Of a stretch of DNA of 64,000 nt, positions 28,501 to 40,500 are shown piece by piece. Position numbers and translations under genes: made by a program. This DNA comes from Hypanus sabinus (lineage: Eukaryota): assembly GCF_030144855.1 (NCBI RefSeq), contig NC_082717.1, forward strand, positions 4,030,001 to 4,094,000. The letters are read 5' to 3'. The notes beneath the pieces were generated by a model. It made no database searches and had not been told where the DNA came from. It saw only the letters and a list, made by a program, of their open reading frames with translations. How positions within the stretch are numbered: position 1 is the stretch's first letter; each line of letters starts with the position of its first letter.

Positions 28501-31500
28501 GAGCCACAGCTCCAGACTCAGTGCCAGAGACCCGGTCACTCTGGCTCCACTCTGGTAGGTCATTCCCCTTATTGAGGGGGATGGCCACAGGTGTATCTGC
28601 ACTGGCTGTGCATTCCCCCTCCTTCTCACAGTCTCCCAGTTACCTGTCTCCTGCAATCTAGTGGTGACTACCTCCATGTAGCCCCCGTCTATTAACGTTC
28701 TTTCTGGCAACCTTATAACTCTCAGGAGCCCAGGCTGATTTTTTTACTTCCTAAACCTTCAGAGTAATTCCTTCTTCCTGTTGACCAGATGTTCCACTTC
28801 TCTTGTCAACCATGGTTCCTTCACCCTCCCATCCTTTCCCTGACTCAGTGGGACAAAGCTATCCAGAATCCTGTGGAAGTGGTCCTTAAACAACTTCCAC
28901 ATTTCTGTTCAGTGAGTGGTAGAATTATCAATAAGTTTCAATGGGGAGGGAGAGTTGGTTCATTTAAATCCATCATCACTGGCCAGAGTTCTCTTCCCCA
29001 GGGCTTTTAGTCAGGCACCTTTGCACAGTGTCATCTGTAATAATAACATTCCAGACTAGACAATCCATAATAACTGTCTGGATATAATAATACAGGATAA
29101 ACTTCTAAATCCATCACCAGCCAGAGTTCTCTTCTCCAGGGCTTTCAGTAAAACCTTTGCACAGTGTCCAGCTATGAGGATAATAAAGTTACAGATAGGA
29201 CAATCCCAACCGCAATGACTGTCTGTATATCATATTACAGAATAAACAAGCAAGAACAACTTACTAAATAGATATAGCCCTTCTAATCACACATAACATA
29301 CAGAAATCAGTAAATGAAAAACACCAGAAATATGATGAATTAACAGAGGAAATTGAAAGACTATGAAACATGAACAGAATGTACATTGTCCCAATAGAAA
29401 TATCTACAACTGGTATCATCCCAGAGGCACGACACAATAGCATTAAACTATTAGGGCTGCACAACAATACTTACGTAAATCTTCAGAAAGCCACAGTATG
29501 GATGTCCAAATTTGTGCCAGGTGCATCGAGCTGCAGCTCCTTAGAGAACAGGTTATGGAACTGGAGCTGCAGCTCGATGACTTTCGGCTTGTTAGGGAGA
29601 GTGAGGAGGTGGTAGACAGGAGCTACGGGCAGGTAGTCACCCCGGGGCCACAGGAGACAATAAGTGGCTGACCATCAGGAGAGAGAAGGGATTCAGGTAG
29701 TGGAGAGCACCCCTGTGTCTGTCCCCCTTAACAATATGTACTCCATTTTGCGTGCAGCTGGGGGGCTGACCAACAGTGGCCGTGCCTCTGGCACAGATTC
29801 TGGCCCTGTGGCTCAGAAGGGTAGGGAATGGAAGAGGAGGGCAGTGCTAATAGGGGACTCTGTAGTTAGGGGGACAGATAGGCGATTCTGTGGATGCAAA
29901 AAAAATAACAAGGATGGTAGTTTGCCTCCCAGATGCCGGGGTTTGTGATGTTTCTGAGCACGTCTACAATATTCTGAAATGGGAGGGTGAACAGCCAGAG
30001 GCTATGGTACATATTGATACCAACAACATTGGTAGAAAAAGAGTGGAGGTCTGAAAGCAGAATACAGGGAATTAGGAAGGAAGCTGAGAAGCAGGACTTC
30101 AAAAGTAGTCATCTTGGGATTGCTGCATAGGCAGACGTGACAGTGAGTATAGGAATAGAATGAGGTGGAGGATAAATGTGTGGCTGAAGGATAGGAGTAG
30201 GGGATTCAGATTTCTGGATCATTGGGACCTCTTCTGGGGCAGGTGTGACCTGTACAAAAAGGATGGGTTACACTTGAATCCGAGGGGAACCAATATCCTG
30301 GCGGGGAGGTTTGCTATTGGGGAGGGTTTAAACGAGATTTGCAGCGGGATGCGAACCAAAGTGAAGAGGCAGAGGATGGAGAGGTTGGAGCACAAGTAGA
30401 GGTAGCTCGTAGGGAATTTCTGAGACCATAAGACCAGCAGACATGGGAGCAGAATTAGGCCATCTGGCCCATCGAGTCTGTTCCACCATTCAATCATGAC
30501 TGATCTCTTTTTTTGTCTCCTCCTCAACCCCAGTACCTGGCCTTCTCCTTGTAACCTTTGATACCATGTCTAATCAAGAACCTATCAATCTCTTCCTTAA
30601 ATACACCCAATGACCAGGCCTCCACAGTTGCATGTGGCAACAAATTCCACAAATTCGCCACCGTTTGGTGTAAGAAATTTCTTCGCATCTCTGTTTCGAA
30701 AGGGTGCCCCTTCTTCCTGAGGCTGTGCCCTCTTGTCCTAGACTCCCACCATGGGAAGCATCCATTACACATCTACTGTGTCTAGACCTTCAAACATTCA
30801 AAATGTTTCAATGAGATCCTCCCTCATCCCTCTGAATTCCAGTGAATACAGACCCAGAGCCATCAAATGATTCTGGTATGATAACCCTTTCATTCCTGGA
30901 ATCATCCTCTCCAATGCCAGCACATCTTTTCTGAGATGAGGGGCCCAAAACTGTTCACAATACTCAAGGTGAGGCCTCACCACTGCCTTGTAAAACCTCA
31001 GCATCACATCCCTGCTCTTGTAATCTAGATCTCTTGAAATGAATGCTAACATGACATTTTCTTTTCTCACCACTGACTCAACCTGCAAGTTAACCTTCAG
31101 CGTGTTCTGCACAAGTTCTCCCAATTCCCTCTGCCTCTCAGATTCCTGGATTTTCTCACCATTTAGAAAATAGTCCACACATTTTTTTCTCTTACCGAAA
31201 TGCACGACCATGAATATTCCAACATTGTAGTTCATTTGCCATTTTTTTTGCCCATTTTCCAAATCTGTCTAAGTTCTTCTGCATCCTACCTCTTTCCTCA
31301 ACACTACCTGCCCCCCACCAATCTTCATATCATCTGCAAACTTGGCAACAAAGCCATCTATTCCATCATCTATATCATTTATATTCTGCACAAAAAGAAA
31401 TGGTCCCAACACCGACCCCTGCGGAACACCAGTAGTTACTGGCAGCCAACCAGAAAACAATCCTTTTATTCCCACTCGCTTCCTCCTACCAATCAGCCAA

Positions 31501-34500
31501 TGTTCTTAACATGTTAGTAAGTTTCCAGTGATACCATGAGCTCTTAACTTGGTAAGCAGCCTCATGTGTGGCACCTTGACAAAGACCTTCTGAAAGTCTA
31601 AATATGCAACATCCACTGCATCCCCTTTATCTATCCTCCTTGTCATCTCCTCAAAGAATTCCAACAGGTTCATCAGACAGGATTCTCCCCAAAGGAAACC
31701 ATACTGACTTTGTACTATCATGTCCTGAGTCACCAAGTACTCCATCACCTCATCCTTAACTATTGACTCTAACATCTTCCCAACCACTGAGGTCAGGCTA
31801 ACTGATCTATAATTTCCTTTCTGTTATCTTCCTCCTTTCTTAAAGAGTGGAGTGACATTTGCAATTTTCCAGTCCTCTGGCACCAATGATTTTTGAAAGA
31901 TAATTTCTAATGCCACCACAATCTCTAATGCTAACTCTTTCAGAACCCTAGGGTGCAGTTCAGCTGGTTCAGGTGACTTCTGTACTTTTAGGTCTTTCAG
32001 GTTTTTGAGCACCTTCTCACTTGTAATAGTAACTGCACCCACTTCTCTTCTTTCACACACTACAAGAAGGATAGGCAGACATTAGAGCAAAGATGCACTC
32101 AGACTGATGGTTTGAGATGTGTCTGTTTAATGCAAGGAGTACCGTAAACAAGGTGGATGAACAGAGTGTGGATCAATGCGTGGATCTGTGACATTGTGGC
32201 CATTACAGAGACTTGGATGTCTCAGGAGCAGGATTGGCTGCTGAGTGTGCCAGACTTTAGATGTTTCAAAAAGAACAGAGATGGAGGCAAAAGATGTGGG
32301 GGCATGGCATTGCTCATTAGGGAGAGTGCCATGACAACAGAAAAGGAGGAAGTCATGGAGGGATGGTCTACGGAGTCAGAAACAGGAAAGGGGCAATAAC
32401 TGTACTGGGTGTTTTTATAGACCCCGATTGTAACAGGTATATGGAGGAACAGATAGGGAGGCAGATGGGAGATTTTAACTTTCCTAATATTGGTTGGCAT
32501 CTCCTTAGCTTAATGGGTTAAGATGAGGTGGTGTTTGTTAGATGTGTTTAGAAAGGTTTTCCTGATGCAATATGTAGATAAGCCTACATGAGGAGAGGCT
32601 GTACTTGATCTGGTATTGGGAAATTAACCTGGTGAGCTGTCAGATCTCTTGGTGGGAGAGCATTTTGGAGGTTGTGACCACAACTCTATCTCCTTCACCA
32701 AAGTGCCAGAGAGGGGCAGGAGCAAATGAATTGGGAAAATATTTAATTGGGGTACAGGAAAATATGATGTTATTAGGCCGGAACTTGGGAGCATAAATTG
32801 GGAGCAGATGTTCTCAGGGAAAGGCACAGCAGAAATGTGGCAAATCTTCAGGAAACATTTGCATGGAATTCTGCATAGGTATGTTCCATTGAAGCAGTGA
32901 TAGGATGGTAGAGTTAAAGAACCATGGTGTACAAAGTATGTAGAAATTCCAGTTAAGAAGAAAAGAAAAACTTATGAAAGGTTCATGAAACAAGGTATGG
33001 TTAGAACTCTTGAAAATTACAATGTTGCTAGGAAGGAACTTAAGAATGGAACTAGGAGAGCCAGAAGGGACTTTGAGAAGGCCTTGGTGAGCAGGATTAA
33101 GGAAAACACTAAGGCATTCTACAAGTATGTGAAGAGTAAGAGGACGAGCCCTGTGAGAATTGGACCAATCAGGAGTGAGAGTGGAAACGTGTACATGGAG
33201 TCGGAGGAGGTAGCGGAGGTACTTAATGAATACTTTGCTTCAGTATTCACCAGGGAAAAAGGCCTTGGCAATTGTGGAGATGACTTACAGCGGACTGAAA
33301 TGCTTGAGTGTGTAGACATTAAGGAAGAGAATGTGCTTGAACTTTGGAAAAGCATTGTTAGATTATTCACTGGGACTGGATGAGATCTACCCCAGGCTAC
33401 TGTGGGAGGTGAGGGTAGAGACTGCTGAGCCTCTTGTGATGATCTTTGTATCATCAATAGGGATGGGAGAAGTACCGGAGGATTGGAGGGTTGCAAATGT
33501 TGTTCCCTTGTTCAAGAAAGAGAGTAGAGATAACCCAGGAAATTATAGACCAGTGATTCTGAATTCAGTGGTGGGCAAGTTATTGGAGAAGATCCTGAGA
33601 GGCAGGTTTTATGAGCATTTGGAGAAACATAATCTGATTAGGGATAGTCAGCATGGCTTGGTCAGGGGCAGGTCGTGCCTTACGAGTCTGATTAAATTCT
33701 TTGAGGAATCTAAAGAATTTGAGGAGCAGATTGGGAGGCAGATTTTGGAAAGGTGCAAAAATAACAAGGTTGTTATCATGGGTAACTTTAACTTCCCTGA
33801 TATTGATTGGCACTTGATTAGTTCCAAGGGTTTAAATGGGGCAGAGTTTGTTAAGTGTGTCCAGGATGGATTCCTGTCACAGTATGTTGACAGGCTGACT
33901 AGAGGGAATGCCATACTAGATCTAGTATTAGGTAACGAACCAGGTCAGGTCACAGATCTGTCAGTGGGTGAGCATCTGGGGGACAGTGATCACCGCTCCC
34001 TGACCTTTAGCATTATCATGGAAAAGGATAGAATCAGAGAGGATAGGAAAATTTTTAATTGGAGAAGGGCAAATTATGAGGCTATAAGGCTAGAACTTGC
34101 GGGTGTGAATTGGGATGATGTTTTTGCAGGGAAATGCACTATGGACATGTGGTCAATGTTTAAGGATCTCTTGCAGGATGTTAGGGATAAATTTGTCCTG
34201 GTGAGGAAGATAAAGAATGGTAGGATGAAGGAACTATGGGTGACAAGTGAAGTGGAAAATCTAGTCAGGTGGAGGAAGGCAGCATACACGAGGTTTAGGA
34301 AACAAGGATCAGATGGGTCTATTGAGGAATATAGGGTAGCAAGAAAGGAGCTTAAGAAGGGGCTGAGAAGAGCAAGAAGGGGGCATGAGAAGGCCTTGGT
34401 GAGTAGGGCAAAGGAAAACCACAAGACATTCTTCAATTATGTGAAGAACAAAAGGATGACAGGAGTGAAGGTCAGACCGATTAGAGATAAAAGTGGGGAG

Positions 34501-37500
34501 CTGTGCCTGGAGGCTGTGGAAGTGAGTGAGGTCCTCAATGAATACTTCTCTTCAGTATTCACCACTGAGAGGGAACTTGATGATGGTGAGGACAATATGA
34601 GTGAGGTTGATGTTCTGGAGCATGTTGATGTTAAGGGAGAGGAGGTGTTGGAGTTGTTAAAATACATTAGGACGGATAAGTCCTCAAGGCCAGATGAAAT
34701 ATTCCCCAGGCTGCTCCACGAGGCAAGGGAAGAGATTGCTGAACCTCTGGCTAGGAACTTTATGTCCTCGTTGTCTGCGGGAATGGTACCGGAGGATTGG
34801 AGGGAGGCAAATGTTGTCCCCTTGCTCAAAAAAGGTAGTACGGATAGTCCAGGTAATTATAGACCAGTGAGCCTTACATCTGTGGTGAGAAAGTTGTTGT
34901 AAAAGATTGATAGAGATAGGATCTATGGGCATTTAGAGAATCATGGTCTGATCAGGGACAGTCAGCATGGCTTTGTGAAGGGCTGCTCGTGCCTAACAAG
35001 CCTGATAGAGTTCTTTGAGGAGGTGACCAGGCATATAGATGAGGGTAGTGCAGTGGATGTGATCTACATGGATTTTAGTAAGGCATTTAACAAGGTTCCA
35101 CATGGTAGGCTTATTCAGAAAGTCAGAAGGCATGGGATCCAGGGAAGTTTGGCCAGGTGGATTCAGAATTGGCTTGCCTGCAGAAGGCAGAGAGTCATGG
35201 TGGAGGGAGTACATTCAGATTGGAGGGTTGTGACTAGTGGTGTCCCACAAGGATCTGTTCTGGGACCTCTACTTTTAGTGATTTTTATTAACGACCTGGA
35301 TGTGGGGGTAGAAGGGTGGGTTGGTTAGTTTGCAGACGAAACAATGGTTGGTGGTGTTGTGGATAGTGTAGAGGATTGTCAAAGATTGCAGAGAGACATT
35401 GATAGGATGCAGAAGTGGGCTGAGAAGTGGCAGATGGAGTTCAACCTGGAGAAGTGTGAGGTGGTACACTTGGAAGGACAAACTCCAAGGCAGAGTACAA
35501 AGTAAATGGCAGGATACTTGGTAGTGTGGAGGAGCAGAGGGATCTGGGGGTACATGTCCACAGATCCCTGAAAGTTGCCTCACAGGCAGATAGGGTAGTT
35601 AAAAAAGCTTATGGGGTGTTAGATTTCATAAGTCGAGGGATAGAGTTTAAGAGACGCGATGTAATGATGCAGCTCTATAGAACTCTAGTTAGGCCACACT
35701 TGGAGTACTGTGTCCATTTCTGGTCATCTCAGTATAGGAAGAATGTGGAAGCATTGGAAAGGTACAGAGGAGATTTACCAGGATGCTGCCTGGTTTAGAC
35801 AGTATGGATTATGATCAGGGATTAAGGGAGCTAGGGCTTTACTCTTTGGAGAGAAGGAGGATGAGAGGAGACACGATAGAGGTGTACAAGATATTAAGAG
35901 GAATAGACAGAGTGGACAGCCAGCGCCTCTTCCCCAGGGCACCACTGCTCAGTACATGAGGACATGGCTTTAAGGTAAGGGGAGGGAAGTTCAAGGGGGA
36001 TATTAGAGGAAGGTTTTTCAATCAGAGAGTGGTTGGTGCGTGGAATGCATGCCTGAGTCAGTGGTGGAGGAAGGTACTCTAGTGAAGTTTAAGATACTAC
36101 TAGACAGGTATATGGAGGCATTTAAGGTGGGGGGTTATATGGGAGGCAGGGTTTGAGGGTCAGCACAACTTTGTGGGCCAAAGGGCCTGTAATGTGCTGT
36201 ACTATTCTATGTTCTATTTTCTAAACCACATTGATGAAGGTGGAGAAAGTGATGAAGTGGATGTAGCATATATGGATTTCAGTAAGGCATTTGATAAGGT
36301 TCCACGTTCAAGGCTCCTTCAGAAAGTAAGGATCGAAGAAGACCTTGCTTTGTGCATCCAGATTTGGCTTGCCCACAGAACACAAATGCTGGTTGTAGAT
36401 GGTTTGTATTCTACATAGAGGTCAGTCACCAGAGGTGTCCGTAGGGACCTGTGCTGGGATTCCTCCTCTTAGTGATATTTATAAATGACCTGGATGAAGA
36501 AATGGAAGGGTAGGTTAGTAAGTTTGCTGATGACACAGAAGTTGGGGGTGTTGTGGATATTTGGAGAGTTGTCAGGGGGGCAGCAATAGGACGCAGAATT
36601 GGGCTGAGGTGTGGCAGATGGACTTTGACCCAGATTAGTGTGAAGTTATTCATTTCAGTAAGTCCAATTTGAAGACAGAATATAATATAAATGGTAAGTG
36701 TGGAAGATCTGAGAGATCTTGTGGCCCATGTCCATAGAATACTCAATGCTGCTTTGCAGATTACATTATTGTTAAGAAGAGATATGGTGTGTTAGCATTC
36801 ATCAACCATGGGATTGAGTTCAAGAGCTGTGAGGTAATGTTACAGCTATATAAGACCCTGGTCAGACCCCACTTGGAGTATTGTGTTCAGTTCTGGTCAC
36901 CTCACTACAGGAAGGATGTGGATACTATAAAGAGAGTGCAGAGGAGATTTACAAGGATTGGAGGGTGTACCTTATGAGAGTAGGCTGAGTGAACCTAGCC
37001 TTTTCTCCTTGGAGTGATGGAGGTGACCTGATTGAGGTGTATAAAATAATGAAGGACACTGATCATGTGGATAGTCAGAGGCTTTATCCCAGGGCTGAAA
37101 TGGCTAACACAAAGGGGCACAGTTTAAAGGTGCTTAGAAATAGGTACCGAGGGGACGTCAGGGGTAAGTTTTTCACACGGATAGTGGTGAGTGTTTGGAT
37201 ACTATAGGGTATGTTAAGGGCCTTTTTGATATGTACATGGAGCTTAGGAAAATAGAGGGCAATGCACCAGGGAAATTTTAAGCAATCTCTGGAGTAGTAT
37301 ACATGGTTGGCACAATATAGTGGGCCGAAGGGCTTGTACTGAGCTGTAAATTTCAATGTTCTATTAAACAGCACTAGAATAGTCCGATAGTTCCTTGCAA
37401 TTGAGAAATTACCAAGCAAGACTATGCCTGTACCTCAGGTTTTACCAGTTTGAGCTGAGAAAAATAATAATTTTTATATTCCAAATGAGAAGAACTTTTT

Positions 37501-40500
37501 GAAGGAAAGCAGGACAAACCGTGGCTGACAAGTGAAGTCAGAGCCAAAGTAAAAGCAAAAGAGGGGGCATGCAAGGAATCCAGAACTAGTGGGAAGATAG
37601 AGGATAGGGGAGCTTTTAAATAAGTTGGTGACTAATAATCAAAAAAGATACTAAAAGCTTTTTTTAATTATATAAAGGGTAAAAGAGAGTCGAGGGAATA
37701 TGTAGGACCAATAGAAAATTACGCTGGAGATATTGTAATGAGGGATGCAGAGATGGCAGAGGAACTGAATGTGTATTTTTCATTAGTCTTCACAGTGGAA
37801 GACATCTGCCAGACATTCAAGAGTGTCAGGGAAGTGAAGTTTGTGCAGTGAAAATTAAGACTGAGGAGGTGCTCAGGAAGCTTAATGGTCTGAGGGTGGA
37901 TAAATCTCCTGGAACTGATTGAATGCACCCTCGGGTTCTAAAGGAAGTAGCTGGAGAGATTGCGGAGGCATTAATGATGATCTTTCAAGAATCAATAGAC
38001 TGGAAAATTGCAAATGTTACTCCGCTATTTAAGAAGGGAGGGAGGCAGCAGAAAGGAAACTATAGGCCTGTTCACCTGACATCAGTGGTTGGGAAGTTGG
38101 TGGAATCAATTGTTAGGGACAAAATTATGGAATACCCGCAGGCACATGACAAGATAGGCCAAAGCCAGCATGGTTTCCTGAAAGGAAAATGCTGCCTGAC
38201 AAACCTGCTGCAATTTTTTGAGGAAATTACAAGCAGGGAAGACAAAGGAGAAGTAGTAGACGTGGTGTATTTGGATTTTCAGAGGCCTTGAACAAGGTAT
38301 CACACATGAGGCTGCTGAGCAAGATAAGAACCCAGGGAATTACAGGGAAGTTGCTAGCGTGGGTGGAACATTGGCTGATTGGAAGAAAACAGAGAGTGGG
38401 AATAAAGGGATCCTATTCTGGCTGGCTGCCAGTTACCAGTGGAGTTCCAAGGGGTCGGTGTTGGGACCGCTGCTTTTTATGACGTATGTCAATAATTTGG
38501 ACTACGCTATTAATGGATTTGTGGCGAAATTTGCCGATGATACAAAGATAGCTGGAGGAGTTAGTACTGTTGAAGAAACAGAGAGCCTGCAAAGAGACTT
38601 AGATAGTTTAGGGGAATGGGTAAAGAAGTGGCAAATGAAATACAATGATGGAAAGTGTATGGTCATGCACTTTGGTGGAAGAAATAACAGGCAGACTATT
38701 ATTTAAATAGGCAGAGAATGGTGGAATAACTCCCAATGCAGGGACACACTGCTGAATAAATAGAACTTGTACTCACTGGTTACGATGAGCTGAGTGCCTT
38801 TCCCATTGATGTATCCCCAGATTCTGCAGTAATAGACAGCAGAGTCACTGTGCACCACGTCTGTGACTGTCAGGGTGAAGGTGCTGTTGGACGTGTCTCT
38901 GTAGGACTGGAACCTCTCAGTGAAACCCCGTCCCCACTCTGGGCTGCCTCCTGACCTGTGTGTTAGAACCAGCTTGTCCTGCCCAGGTAGTTTCCGATAC
39001 CAGTGGAGGTCAGTCTTTTCCGGCCTGGCGTTGATCATGGTACACCATAACCACGCCGTGTGACCCTCAGTGACACGCTGTATGCTCGGGGACTGGATAA
39101 GGACAGGAACATCTGCACCTGTAAGGGAGAATATCGTCAGTTCAACCCCAGCTTGAAGCAGTCATCTTTTGTTACATGACCTCTTGTGAAAGTACAAACA
39201 CTTTATTGCTTCTGATATTAATATAATGTTCCAGCTGTTTCCGAGTTTACAGAGTTCAGGCGAGACCAGTGCTTCAAGTAATCACCACCCACTTCGAATT
39301 GAACATGGAACAGTACAGAACTGGACAGGACATCTGGTCTTGATGTTGTGCTGAACTTGATGCTCATTTATGTTAAATATCCTCCTCCGATGTATCATTC
39401 ATACCCCTGCATTCCCTTTGTATTCACGTGTTTATCTAAAATCCTTTTAAAGTCAAACAAACTCCCAGCTCCACTACTACCCAGTAACCTATTCCAGGCA
39501 GATAAGGCAGATTCTGGTTCACTGGGCTGTCGGTTAATCAGGGAGCCGCTTATTTGGGACATCGGATAAATAACAAAAACAAGTGGAGAAAGTAGACAGG
39601 ATTCACTTTGTTTATTTGGGACACTAAGTCATTTAATTGGGACAGGAGGTTGTTGCTGAACAGTTTCTAACGAGAGTCAGTAGTGTGCACTTGTAAGACG
39701 GTTTCACAACACTGCTTTGTTTTTAAATAGCATCAAAGCACGTGCTTTTGTTCAAAAAGCGGTGATTTTGTCACTGATAGTTAACGTAAAATAATCAGTA
39801 AGACAATTCAGAACTGTTTTGCTCACTGCATATGTACGTATGAACACGTCCTTCACATCACCTTTAATCTGTCCCCTGCTCTAAACTTAAAACCATGTCT
39901 GGTGTTTGAGATTTCTACCGCAAGGGAGGACACCCCGAGATTGACCGAGCTTTCCTTGTATTTCATTCCCTCTAATCCAGGCAGCATCCCAGTGAACCTG
40001 GTCTCAGTCTTTCCACAGTCTCCACATTCTCACTACAACAGGAACTGTATGCAATACCCGAAGTGGATCTGAGTCAAATTTCATATATCTGCAACATGAC
40101 TTGGAGTCATGGAGCACTACAGCACAGAAACTGGCCCTTCAGCCCTTCTAGTCTGTGCAAGCCTGATTTTCTGCCTAGCTATCCAAACTTCTCTTAAATG
40201 TTGCAACTGAATGTAATCCATCACTTTCACTGGGAACCATTCCATATTCTCAGTAGCAGTTTCTCTTCAGTTCCCCTTTAAATATTTCACCTTTCACCCT
40301 TAACCCATGACCTCTATTTCTAGTCTCACCTCACCTCAGTGGAATAAACATGTTTACATTTACTCTGTCTAATAATTTTGTACACCTCTGTCAAATCTAT
40401 GTTCCAGGGAATAACATCCTAACCTATTCCACCTTTCCCTATTCCTCAGGTCTTCAAGTCCTGGTTCAAAGTTTCCCTTTATTTTCAAAGTACTGTATAC

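Noticed and set aside
38846-38852. Perfect RSS heptamer CACAGTG inside V1 (and CACTGTG in V2 at 26227-26233)
   Set aside because: No nonamer at 12 or 23 bp spacing; both lie within codons of complete VJ exons, so there is no evidence for RAG rearrangement.
39510-39850. Tigger/Tc1-like MITE ends (also about 53540-53650)
   Set aside because: Only degraded single ends, with no matched TIR pair or TA TSD identified; ordinary repeat debris.
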